The notes under the pieces were generated by a model. That model was not told the origin of the DNA, made no database searches, and was given only the letters and a program-made list of their open reading frames with translations. A stretch of DNA of 64,000 nt from Psilocybe cubensis (Eukaryota): NCBI GenBank assembly GCA_017499595.2, contig CM039010.1:310001-374000 (forward strand), read 5' to 3'. Position numbers and translations under genes: made by a program. Positions 27,951-40,480 of this stretch are shown piece after piece. Within the stretch, counting starts at the first letter, position 1. Each line of letters starts with the position of its first letter.

Positions 27951-28131
27951 ATGGGAGAATCCTGCGTACACTGTACGCAGAATATTTCCACACTCGGCTG
28001 AATATCGGCGAAGAAGTCCGTGGGAGAATTCTGCGTACACTGTACGCAGAATATTCCCACACTTGGCTGAATATCGGGAGAGGTTGACCGTGGGAATATT
28101 CTGCGTACACTATACGCAGGATATTCCCACG
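27951..28131. repeat. Three tandem ~41-bp palindromes (period ~69 bp)
   Basis: GTGGGA(G/A)(A/T)ATTCTGCGTACA-C-TGTACGCAGAATATTCCCAC hairpins at 27951, 28020 and 28089. Related copies occur at 29831-29875 and 30068-30110. Confidence 0.9.
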
Positions 28132-28211
28132 CTCATCCACAAGTCAAACTTACAAATTAAGACAAAAAGAATGAGGACGAGAACACAAGTTTATTTCGAA
28201 CAAAAATTTGA

Positions 28212-31064
28212 CTAAGGATGGAAGAAATTACAAATATCCATTCCACAAGAGGCTTTGTGGTTGAGGGCAATGCAACCAAAAAATATCTGCCTTTCTGGAT
28301 AGCAAATACAAAACAGTTGCATGTACACAGTCATCTTTTTGCCTACATTACAGGAATTAAATTGACAAATACTAAAACTAAAGAGCACACACCTTATACC
28401 CCTTTCCCAGGATTTGATAGCTTTTTTGACACGCTTGTGTAATTGGTAAACATCTGCCGCTGTGTAGTGAAAATCTAATGCGATACCGCTGATGCAACGG
28501 ACACCAAAATGCAAACAATCAAATTCATTAAGCAACAATGCCCACAAATTGGCTTCAACAAAGGAAGTCTGATTTGCTTGGGGTAAAAGAGGCAAAGAAT
28601 AAACCCAACAATGCCTGTCGCCAACCCGTCTAATCCCAGGAGAGAACAACTCTGGATAAGGATCGTAATCCAGCACAACGAGAACATGACCACAAGATGA
28701 ACTATACCCAACATTTACGTTGTCCCTGATAGACTGTATCCTGCTTTGGATATGGCGGTCCATTTTCAAAGTTTGCGATGGAATGGAAAGAACAAATTTC
28801 AAGCCACGGGAATGATATTTTGCAAGAAATTTTTGCGCGTGCTTGAGGTCGGCAGAAGGTTGCAACAGAGAGACTTGATGTCCAAAGGTAGCATTTGGAT
28901 ACAAGCTGTACACCTTCTCAAAGGTAACAAAATTCATGACGCCGGCTGCAGTAGAACAAAATTGAAGTTAACATTGTTTTGACACATGACATTGGGGACA
29001 TACTGCTATGATACCCCAAAATGCACTCTACCACCGATTGACAAGTCATAATCAGTTGGACAAAAGAACCTTGGCACCATAGGTTAACAACCACTCCAGT
29101 GGTATTGTAATGTCAATGAAGAGGATGTTTATCTGTGCTCGACATACATGTCCATGTTACCCGGAATCCATATATTAGCACGATTGATTACGAAACTTTA
29201 TGTAAGTAAAGCAAGTTCTTTTATCCCCACAACCCACTGTACAAAAATATGTCCTTGCCAATTGTCCCCATTAGTAAATCATTGATGCCATCAAAATTGC
29301 GTGATTAATACCGGTTTTTTACTTAACCGGTATGCTTGACTTAATAATCGGTTACTATCATAGAATTTCTGTTAGTTTTTGTTCCTACCAAGGGGATATG
29401 GAAATTAAAATACTAGATATTAGCTACGTAGATAGGTTAGCTGCCATATGGTAGAAAACAAAATTAGATACCATTACATTATGACTTTTTAATTGCAAGT
29501 TAAACATTTTGACGCAGATAATCATCGCTCATAACCAAAAATTTTATAATAATGACCTCATTCAACTGATTTAAGGCCATTAATTAGTCACAATCAATTA
29601 CATACCAACTGTTTTGCATGCTTTATACACCTCTAACGGCAAGTAGATGTAAATAGAATGCTTTATTGTTATCAAAAAAAATTTAGCATGAATGACTAGC
29701 AGACTGTGGTGGCATAGAATAAAGAATAATAAACATTATGTATCTAGCTATTATCTTTAATGCCACTTCAAATAACTTGTCATATTAAACTTGTTGTGCT
29801 GTTCATACTGGCCATGAATTAATAAGCAGACTGTGGGAATAACTTGCATATAGTGTATGCAAGTTATTCTCACGGTTGCTGCACTTTGCATTGAGCAACT
29901 TGAACTTCTCTGGTAATTCCTGATATATTACTGAGATGCATTGCATATACTTTAGGTAAAATACAAGTATTTTTGGCAATAATAATTATTTTCAGTCCTA
30001 GTTTAGATGATCTTATTATATTTTACTTGCTGTGGTGTTTGTACTGGCCGTGAATTAATAAGCAGGTCGTGGGAATATCCTGCGCACACTGTACGCAGGA
30101 TATTCCCACGGTCACTACACTCAATTTGCATTGAGCACTGGCCACTTTGGTCAAGAGATGGTCATTTTGAATAATGTTTTCCATGCATTGAATGTATTTT
30201 GGGGCAGAAATAATGCACTAACACTTGCAAATTATGCTTGAAATATGTTTCCACACAGCCAATTGTGTTCACAGCAACATCAAACTATACCAAAAAGAAA
30301 TATGCGCACCAAACAAATGTTTTTGCACACAATATTGTTTCACTCTTGATGCACTTTTCAAAAATAAGAAAATTATATTTATGGGAAATATGTCCCCACT
30401 TGGGCAGCCATACACATGAGCATTCTTCCATCAGTTTTCTATACGGGATTCTCCCAGCAGATCTGGAATTCTTCAATATTTAGCAGGTATGAAAATTATA
30501 ATAGACAAGTTCTTCCTTACAATTAGGCCTTATAACCTGTGCAGCTATTTTTTGTGTCTGACACAACTAAGCTTGTAGTAGACCTAAGTCATAGTAATTA
30601 ATCATAACCTTGCCCAGTATCTGGCTGTGCATTCAGAACATATTAATATATATTAACTATGTTATATAAATCTAGATTAAAAAATATTTTATACAATTGT
30701 GAGATGTAAAGTCTTGTCATGCCACGCTTTGCGTTGGACCACTAAAACAAGTAAAATGCAAAACGGTGGAACCTGAAATAACCAGGCCAGTCTTGAACTG
30801 GAGAAGACGAAACAGCAAATGTTCATTGGGTTTGAAGATAGGAGCAAATAAATTTTTGGGACAGAAGGCGCGGCGCATATAGCCCGAAACGCGGTCGTTT
30901 AGCTCCTTGCAAGTCCAAGAGAAACGGTAGAGGGTTTTCAGATCCATCTGATCCATGTACACATCGTCCATGGGAGGCGGAAAGACTCTAAAAAATAAGT
31001 AATAACCAAATGAGATAAAACAGTGAACATACTGTTGGAAACGGGGGGATAACGCGGAAGCCAT
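28212..31064 (-). pseudogene. Element-borne F-box-like + Pol-beta-type nucleotidyltransferase-like gene, split by a nested insertion
   Basis: N-terminal part LYRFSWTCK...TGLVISGSTVLHF. Removing 29188-30751 continues the frame as INRANIWIPGNMDMYVEHR before a stop. The C-terminal part reads MNFVTFEKVYSLYP...KYHSRG...RRVGDRHCW. Confidence 0.6.
29188..30751 (+). mobile_element. Nested, shorter copy of the same Helitron2-like family in opposite orientation
   Basis: Its first ~110 bp match the outer 5' end (inverse of ~31620-31735). Its 3' end GTAAAGTCTTGT-CATGCCACGCTTTGCGTTGGACCACTAAAACAAG matches the outer 3' end. Excision at A^T without a TSD restores the host frame. Confidence 0.75.
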
Positions 31065-33612
31065 GGGTAAAACAGTGCGGAGAAAAGTGCATTGTCTATA
31101 CTACGTCAATAAATATATTAACCGTAAGCCAATAGACGCCCGACGTAGGGGAAGAACAAATTGGTATGCGTGAGAAACGATCATGAATCAGAAAATCAAA
31201 TTCAAATAGTACAGAACGCCCAGAACCCAAGAACGCGTAATTATTTCTATTTGAACTCTGATTGATGAAGCTACCGATATCAAGGAACGTGTGTGCCTGC
31301 ACAGTTCTATTTCCAACCTTTCAGACCCATAGTTCAAAGAGTGCATTTGTTCCATCTCTAAGTATTAGTACAATATATAAGCACGTTGGCTAGACGGTTC
31401 CACATGGTTTTAAAAATTAAACAACAACGCAAAAAAGTGAATTGAGTAGGACTATTGTTGTTGGGTATAATTAATTTTATGGAAACGCACATTCACATTG
31501 CGATCAAAACAAATCAAAAACAACCTTTAAAGTAACCAATGGTAAAAAGAAGTCGTAGAATGAATTGGAAAGGGGTTGCTTAGGGGGTCCTGTGACCGCT
31601 TAAGGAAAATACCGATAGCGGTAACAACATTGATCGCATCAATAATATTTTGATGGGGACAATTGGCGAGGACATTTTTGCTCGCTGGGTTGTGGGGATA
31701 AAAGAACTCATCTTTACTTACGTAAAGACTCGTAAAGAGTAGCCTGATGAAAATTACATTTCATCCCGTGATAATGATTTGATGGAGCGACGTACTATAT
31801 ATTCAAAAACTTATAAAAGCTGTATCTGGAAAGGATAAACCAGAGAAATTGTGTAAAAATCTATAAGAAATAAGATGATTGAGCTGAAGATACAAAACCA
31901 ATGATTGATAATCGATCAGATCAACTGGATATTTTGAACTTGAAGCGGAGTATATCGTAGAATGAATTACTTACTTGGTGAATCGGATGCCGAAAAATGC
32001 CGTTTACAGTTGAATCTCCGAAATTTCCACCGAAGGTGAAAGATTTGCAGGTCCTTCATCCTCCCCCAACATCTATCCAGACAATCCGTATCTCAGAGTT
32101 ACAGTTTCTGTACTAAAAATACTATCGCTACCACCCGGAAAGAGGTGAGAGTTGCTGTATGATTTAATCTGTCAGTGAGCCAACAGTGAGCACAAAGTAT
32201 GCTCAAAGAACCCGTGCCCAAGTCAACGTCTTTTGTCAAAAAGAACCTTGGGGCTTGTTCAATGGAAGCCTTCCTAACGAGATTTGAATTTGAGGTGTTG
32301 TCTTTCTTTTATAAGTGACTTTTCCTAGCTATCATGCTAAGTTCAGGTCGTCGTCTTTGGCTGGATTGGTGAGACTCTGGGAGGTGCACATATATTTGAC
32401 TTTCTTTGCTGGTTCCGTGTGTTCTGACTTCGCAAAACTTACATTGGTTCGAGGAAAAGAATGTCGCGGCTTTGGTCTTTAGTTTGCGTCTGGGCCTAAC
32501 TTCCTAGAAATATAGAACCGATCCGCCCAGCTCTTGTTATGAAATTTAATGTCATTGAATATCCCTGCGTTTATGGTCAAAATCGGGGAAAAGCCCAAGA
32601 ATCCTACACCATCAATCTATACAAGCAAGTCTCCAAGCTTCAATGACTCGCTTCATGTTTCTTTTGCCCAGTAAAATCATCAACCCGTCATCCGTACAGT
32701 TGCGATTAATTGGCCCAATATTTGTCGAGATGATTTCTTGCTGATCCTATAATATGTTTCCAGACCTGAGTACTCTATTGGTGACGTTATTCCGGATCTT
32801 CAAAACTTTGGGGTGTCTGTCATCAAAAATGTCGGGCATGCACTGGGGAAATATCGCGGGTCTGGAGCGGTGCTGCAAAGTGTTCACTCAATGGTCACCC
32901 CTCAAGTCCATTATCGATTCGTGATCGTCTGCATCATTGCTTCCGTACACAATGGCCTCCCCATACATAATTATTATTACGTGCTTTTTGGTCTCTCCGC
33001 CGTATCCTTCGCTTAATGCCTCTTACTCGGACCCATACTGACCTACATTGATGACGAACACCGGACCACGTTCCAGTCTAAGGTACGAAGCAAATAACGT
33101 AAATTATTAAATGACGCATTTTGATATCCTTACCTTGATAGCGTTTTTTAAAGTTTTTTTTTTCCTCGCAAGGCAGGTCACTGAAGCTGAACGAGAATGT
33201 CAATGCAACCGGCCGCGGACGATATGTTTTCGGCAATAGACCGGCATCGACGTGGCCCGTGAGAGTCTCAGATGAAATGTTGTTTTGTTCCTGAGCCAAT
33301 TTGAAATGGCTTGGGGTCCGGGGAACGGCAGCAACAAGAGGCTCCCCATTCCTCTCTGCTGCCACCACAGAGGAATGCCTTCTTCTCTTCCACTTCACTG
33401 TCCCTTTCCACTTTAGGCGGTTGCTTCACGACGTATCTTTCGGAAAATCAGACATCACATATCAGCGCTCATTGCTGACGAAACTCCTGTAGAAACGGAA
33501 TCATTTACACGCGTGGCACACTGTCCCCAGATACACACGCTAAACCTACAACATAATATCTTTGGCAGGTCGATAACGCTTCATTCCCCTTCATTCCTTC
33601 CCCATCCTCGCA

Positions 33613-35660
33613 ATGCCTCCCAATTTCAACCACCCGACGGCGCCGCGCAGTCTGACCATTTCTCTTGACGACACACTCAAATCACCCACACCGAGACCAG
33701 GCCACGGCTACTTCACGAGACCGCTTCAAGGGAACGGCAGCAGCGTCAGCGTAAATGAGCCACTTCAGCACCCTCCTCAGACCCCTCACACACCACACAC
33801 ACCCATACCGGGTCTTCGCCAACTTGGCCAGCTCCTGCCGCGCCACACCTACTTCCGTGCCCGGGTCACCATCCACCAGATATCAAGTGTCCCATTCGTA
33901 AGCGGCGAGTTTGGTGTGCGGTGGAAGTTTAAAGGTGTACAGACACCCACGGGGAACAAGTCGGGGTTGTTGGACAGAGTAAAAGCGCGAGCGGAAAAGA
34001 GGACGGTGTCGGATAAGGGCAAGGCACGCGAAGACTCTGGGGAGATAAGTGTTGATCACACTGCTCAGAGTTTGATGAGTCCCCTTGCAGCGTCAAGTAA
34101 CGGGCGCTCCGAATCGCGCCCTCCCACTGTCGACCGCAGCGGAACCGGATCGTCTGTGTCCTCCCATTCCTCCTCCACTGCAGATACATCCCAGCACCTA
34201 TCAGTGGACTGGGGGACGACCGCGTCCTCTTCTTCCACAAACGCATCTGCTATCACTGTCTCCGCGTCCCCGACTACGACCACATCTGATCTTCCACTCC
34301 CCTCCCCTTCGACACTTATCCCCCCAACCACAGCCACAGCCGCGCGTGGAATGACGCCTTTCCTCAAATTAAAAGACCACTCCGTCGTCTGGTCCCAGAC
34401 ACTGGACACGATTCTCAAGCTTGATGTCGATAGAGAGACGACGATGATCCAACCATGCCCTCTCAAGCTCGTTGTGATGCAGCGAGTCATCCCCGACGAT
34501 CCTCGTGGCTCTCCGCAGAATCCGCGTCTCGGCGCGGTGTATCTCAATCTTGCCCAATACGTGGGCCAGGGTGTCGTGGAACGAAAGTATCTTTTGAAGG
34601 AAAGCAAAACAAACGCAACGTTGAAAGTAAGTCTACAATTTTTCCTACTTTCTTCCGCTGGTCATGCAAGAGTGACACATGCTTATGTGCTATGTTTAAA
34701 TAGATTACAATTGAAATGACGCATGTCAGTGGTGAAACCAATTATACGGCTCCTCCGCTTGCAAAGGGCGAGATTCTCAACGGCATCGCTGGGTTTCTGC
34801 AAAGCGACATTGTGAAACGGCGGCCCCGCGCACTGGACATATACAGCCCCTACCCCGACGAGGATGATCTGGGCATCAAATCCACCGCGACTGCCATGCC
34901 CCGCACGTCGCGAACAGCGCGCAAAGACACGTTCCCTGGCACAGGTGGAGGCCGCGAGAGCGATAGCGAGGACGAACACGACATCGACATCGGCCCAGAA
35001 ACGGATATCGTGGTAGGCGCGTTCGACGTACAACGCCTCCCGTTCACACATACGACCAAGACAACAGAGATGCTCATCGATGCACTGTTCAATCCGGTCA
35101 AGATCTCGGATAAAAGGGAGGAGAGTCCCTTCACGGTGTACACTCCGCCCTCGCCTTCCGCGCTTCAGCAGCGCGACAGCAGTAGAAGCAGGAGTAGGAG
35201 TCGGCAGCGCTCCGAGTACGGACTCGGGCTAAGTGGTGTAGCGCTGGACCGCGAGCATGCCGTTTGCTTTAGCGGGGACGACGCGCTTGGATCGCATATG
35301 CACGTTCCTGGGCATGGACCAGTGCGGGTCCCATCGACGAAGAGACAAGGCTCTATCTCGTCGTCGGTGTATACGACCACCACAACGGCGAGTAGCGTGT
35401 GCAGTAGCGTGAGCTCACGGGCAGCGACCATCGATTCGGCATCGGTGAAGGATAGCAGTGGCGCTCGAAGTACATTGGATGCGAGTCCTGGGAAGCAGTC
35501 CGTGGGCGGGGGGTCGCTAGCGCGTGGCACACCGACACCAACGCCAGAAGGCCGTGTTGTTGTTGGCCCTGTCCAGGAAGAACAAATCGGGGGCGTAAGA
35601 GCGTGGTGGAGGAAGCGGACGGCGAGACCTAGCACGCCGACCATGAAGATCAAAGTTTAA
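33613..35660 (+). CDS. NT-C2 (EEIG1/EHBP1-type N-terminal C2) domain protein
   Basis: FRARVTIHQISSVPFVSGEFGVRWKFK...LKDHSVVW...RLGAVYLNLAQYV...KYLLKESKTNATLK; intron 34627-34703. Confidence 0.85.
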
Positions 35661-36385
35661 ACGTTTAGGCGCTTAAGCTTGAAGTGATTTGTTGTTTTTA
35701 TTGATTGGTTTATTTTATTTTTTCTTTACCTTCGTTTCTCTCTCCGTATGTTCTCTGTTTCATTTTTGCCTTCTCTATTTTTTGTTCACTCGTTTGGGTG
35801 GAAGTGGTTTTCCGGTATGTTGTTCTTTTCTTCGCTTTTTTTTTCCAATTTCTGCTATCGTTTTTCCTTTGTCCTTCGTTCCTCGCCTCCCGCTTTCCGT
35901 TTTCGACATTTATCTCTGTCCAACCTACATGCCGACACTCACGTTTATATCCCTCCATTCCTTTGGCCTTCGTGTTTCTTCCCTTTCTTTTTGTTGTAAC
36001 ACTACTTGCAAATTATATATTCCCGCTGTTCTTTACAACAACGCATATTACATACCCCATCCTTTCCGCTTTCATTCGTTTTCGTTACCGTCTCCACTTC
36101 CTCTCTTTTTCTATTGTGTTGCATTCAATTTCGAGTTTCACATCGTTTCATGACCCATTATGTCCCCTCTCTCTCCAAAACCATACCACAACTTTATCAG
36201 TTACTTGTTACTTAATTCTGATTCTTCCATGGCCTTGGTACGTCCATGTTGGTGGATAGTTCGATTTTAGCTTCCTCTTCTCTGAATCCCATTTCTATCC
36301 TATCAGTAATCATATACATACATAACATAAACACCTACGTAGTATCATCCCACATTAATTTATTACTGAATTTCATTGGAAAAAG

Positions 36386-37012
36386 GCATTTTGCATAGCC
36401 TTACAGGATTCCCAACGATTGAGCACGGCCTTGTCAAACCCCGCCTAAAACACCTTGAATCCGGTCTCGCCTCAGATGCCATCACACCCCTTCTCGCACC
36501 CAACATTCCCCAGTTGCACACCTTCCTATCCATAACCGAGGCCGTCCTACCTGGGTCCCGTTCTAGCTATCCAAAATTCATGTTTACCGACACACACCCT
36601 ACCTATGCAGACTTTTATCTTTTCCCTATTTTGGCTGATTTACGCCCTTTGCCGGAATGGATATCGGGTGTATTGGAGCATGAATATGGGCAGAGAATGA
36701 ATAACTGGATGGACTCGATGGATGGGCTCGATTGCGTTAATCGCACGAAAGAAGGTACCTTGAGTGCCGGTGTTGGGATATCTTAGGATAATCCTCAGAA
36801 CGCTGATGTATCCCGTGTCTTCTGTAAAACAATACCAATCGGTTGTGTGTTTCTATCCGTTTGACTAAAACCAAATTAATTGACTCAAGGACAGGCGCAA
36901 TAAGTGCTCCATTATATTGCTACGTAGGTCCATGACAATTGTCTTTTCCCAAGACTATGCCGAGAGTTGATGGATTCGGCAGAAAGCAGCTCCGCCGATA
37001 ACTGCCGGTTAA
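36386..37012 (+). pseudogene. Inverted partial duplicate of the GST gene (intron 3' end, exon 2, 3' flank)
   Basis: Near-identical to the reverse complement of ~49497-50130 (GFPTIEHGLVKPRL...GVGIS*); exon 1 is missing. Confidence 0.85.
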
Positions 37013-37341
37013 CTTAACTTATAGCTATTTTCATATCGATAGACCTATCCGCTAAATTTACACGTACACGGATAAAGAATTTTATTGAGCGGAGCATAAA
37101 ATTTAAAGACGGCAAATTACGGGAACTAGCAAAATCGTCGATGAGTATTTACAAAAAAAGTCGAGCTACAAGAACTAAAGCAATACCACCACATCAGCAG
37201 CATCCTAGAGACACTCCCTTCTCAAACTGAAAGGCATGTCAGCGCTTTTCTGCAAGATCGTACCATAGATTAAAATAAAATCAACATGGGAGCATTCTTT
37301 ATGTAACAAGGACCAAGGTTACGCACAAATTCAAGTCCGAC

Positions 37342-37815
37342 AGGCCCCGGGAAGCTCCCCTACAGGCGTATCCCCGCCGGACCCAAAATATTTGTCTGAA
37401 ATCCGCGAGATTTTGGGCCTCCAATCCGCGAAACCGGACGGTCATTTTGCCAAGACCTTCTTATTTAGGTAATTTTTCTCACCCTCGGACGGAGTTAAAG
37501 GAGCAAAAAAAAAGGCGCAAAAAATTCTACAGCTTTTTTCAAGCAGTCTTTTTCACAGTTCTTCTGTTGTTGGCAGTCAGAAAGCGTTTATGTCCTCACA
37601 AGGAAACTAATTTTTGTCCATATTTGGCAGCGCGCCCTATTTGCCGGCCAGACCAGCCGCCCATGCAGATTCTTCTCCTCAAATCCGCAGTGCCCCGGTC
37701 AAAGGTAGGCCTCCGGACCTCTCAAATCCGCGAAAAACGGACAGTAAAATGCTATTTTCTCAGGTCTCAAATCCGCGAAAAGTCGATACGCCCCTAGGGG
37801 AGCTTCCCGGGGCCT
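37342..37815. mobile_element. MITE (474 bp) with ~31-bp TIRs and an 8-bp TSD
   Basis: AGGCCCCGGGAAGCTCCCCTA... / ...TAGGGGAGCTTCCCGGGGCCT; TSD AGTCCGAC at 37334-37341 and 37816-37823; internal AAATCCGCG repeats. Confidence 0.9.
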
Positions 37816-38334
37816 AGTCCGACTGTATGAATATATTTTTACGTTGGGCCTATCGATATGAAAATAGCTGTAAGTGTTGAAGAATGAACCAATCGGGGGT
37901 TGAATTTTCGTGGGCAGCTCACTGTATGCCGTGTTTGTTGCCAACCGATTCCCAATCAAGGGGATTTGACATTTCTGAATGATGTTGTAACTGATGGTTT
38001 GGTTTTTGTCCTATAACAAGCAAGATGAAGACGAGCAATTACCAGAACGGCTACTAAGAACGTGATCTTTACTTTTAGCTTCACTTCGTCGCTCTGTTCA
38101 ATCCGCCAATGTCTCTATGCACAAAATTGATCACATAGCCATGATATATATTAATGAAATATAAATTGGAACATTGTTCAATTGGCTGGATTTGAAAAGA
38201 TAAACAAGGACAAGAGGCTGCCATTAAGATAGTCCAGTTCAACGTCGTGGGAGCCGGGACAAATTACACGATGTTCTTCGAAATTGACGATGACAAAGGA
38301 ATCCGATGATTTCCCAGCGTTTCCCAGAACCACA

Positions 38335-39673
38335 ATGTCTGAATTTCAAACTGCATCACAGGCGAAACAAGCGCAAAATACTGAAGGCATTCCGCTGACA
38401 GAGCTCTCAATATTTCCGGCCACAAAAGCCCAGATTTACGAATCCCGTAAGAGGACATTCACAATGTGGGGGAGAGGGGTGACACTAGAAGAGTACCTAA
38501 AGCGAGATGCGCGATACGGTGGCCATGAGGTTTCAGCTGACGGACGATTGGTTACTTGGTATGTGCAACTACCTTGTGTCCATTGAGGTATTCCGTGACT
38601 TGGCTATAGGGTTTTAGCACGGAGGGATGACCCCAAAGGGATAGACTTTCTATGCTCTTGCGAGACGTATGTATTCTTAAAACTATCAATATCTATTGAA
38701 ATATTCATACAATATCAGATATAAACGAGAGGGTTTTGTAGTAAACGCCAATGCCACCACCGGAAACTCTGTAGTAGCCTACTCCGTTGCAGCACTCTTT
38801 ACATCTCCTAGGAACCGGAAGAAAGGGTACGCAACACATCTAATGCGTATGCTACACTGGATCTTGGCGCCCCCGGATGATCTTCCGCAGTTTCCAACTG
38901 AGGTTTGGGGAAACCAGCCTGATAGAGGGAAATGGATTGATTCTGAGCAGATTATAAAAGGTCATGGCGGTGACGCAGTTTTTTCAACTCTTTACAGTGA
39001 TGTTGGACCCGAAATCTACAGGGGGTGTGGGTTCCTACCTGGAGCAGAAGGGTGGGTAGTAACCGATTTCCTTTCCAGTGGTTGGGATGTGGATTCCGTG
39101 GGTGTATTTGGGGTAGACGACGAGGACGGCTGGGAATGGCTTGATATAAAAGGGGTATACGATTATTGGAAGGTAGATGCTGATCTCATGAAGCGAGAGA
39201 TGGAGGAATCAAATCCGACAAATGCAATATGCACATTGCTGCCTGACAAAGGAGTTGCCGAATTTCAGATAATCCGCCTGTCATATTTCTGGAACCCTCT
39301 AGGTATAACGGACTGGGGCTTACGTCGGGGAAAAACATTTGCCAGCTGGACAATCGATGTAAGGCCAGATTCGTCATATGTCATGCTCATTACGAGGCTT
39401 AGGGCGGAGGTTGACGAGTTTGAAAACCTGGTTAAAATGCTGGTCAAATTTGGAAGGAGACACAAAATCAGTCATTTTGAAGTTTGGGGACTGAAAGAAG
39501 AGTTTCGAGAGCAATTTGGGTTTGTTAAGACGTGGAACAAAGATATTCACCTACCGTCCATCAAATGCTACAATTCGGATGACTTGAAATGGCTTTTCAA
39601 TGAAAGGTATATTGATACTCAGCGCTCATTAATTACGCATTGCTGACGCATCTGTAGGTTTTGCTACTGCTAA
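38335..39673 (+). CDS. GNAT acetyltransferase, LYC1-like (lysine N6-acetyltransferase family)
   Basis: WGRGVTLEEYLKR, TWVL, LCSCETYKR, VAALFTSPRNRKKGYA (acetyl-CoA loop), STLYSDVG and C-terminal NERFCYC*. Confidence 0.8.
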
Positions 39674-40480
39674 TTCAACTCTTGCCTTTTCCTATGTACC
39701 AAGCGTGGGGACTGATAACAATAGTGGTAATAGGTTTCCAGATTGTAATTGTCATCCTTTAATAACGGGGCATTGACTACTATGGAGCATAATGCAACGT
39801 GCATGGCTAGCAGATAAAGTCTTTTGCCTCCCATGAGATCGTCTCAATTCCATGTGCGCCAAAGATATTTTTAGGTAGCACTCTCAGTGTGATATCGGCA
39901 ACATTATGATAATGTTCACATAGCGCACCAAGTTAAATGTGAAAATGAGCAGATGATGTATATTATACCTTGGTCTAAGAAGCACAATCAAATTCTCGAG
40001 GAGTCTGTGATAACTCTCCTATAGAGGCAAGGTTTATTCAAAGTGTATATATCAGAATTTCATGACTGGAATATTCTCAAAGACAGGTTACTCGTTCATC
40101 TATGTATCACTCCCATCCGTCATTGTACAGACGAGCTCTTAGCTTTAGAATAGATTCTTCTATGAAAGTAGCATTTCATTACATGCTCATGTGGAGATTA
40201 CTTCCGGCAGTGCACGTTGGCTCTCAACACCTCCCCACGGTTGGTGGCAAAGAAGTTTATGATGAATTTCAAGTGATGACAGCTAATCATGACAATGACG
40301 GGGTAGAGTACTTCTTATCCTTATTGCAAACGCGTACACGCATGAATTCTGAGTTATCTCGCACTTATAGTATCCTCCTGATCACAGGCGTACACGCGAG
40401 TGTGGAAATTAAAAAGGACAAATCTGAAGTATTTAAACTGGGTTCCCAAAGGCAACTTTATCTATCAACACTTGACAACC

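Larger units (their letters stand above)
26732..31735 (-). mobile_element. Helitron2/Helentron-like non-autonomous element with asymmetric TIRs, carrying two cargo genes
   Basis: On the minus strand, the 5' end is TT+ACGAGTCTTTACG (31721-31733). The 3' end is its perfect inverse CGTAAAGACTCGT (26766-26778), then a GC hairpin GCCACGCTCCGCGGTGGC, then CCACTAAAACAAG. It sits at a T^T site with no TSD. Confidence 0.7.

Noticed and set aside
27951-28131. CRISPR-like array of palindromic repeats
   Set aside because: The spacers resemble each other (ACT.GGCTGAATATCGG), there are only three units, no cas genes are present and the context is eukaryotic.
35689-36259. Hydrophobic Phe/Leu-rich ORFs resembling membrane proteins
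   Set aside because: They arise from T/C-rich low-complexity 3' flank of the NT-C2 gene and are open in several frames.
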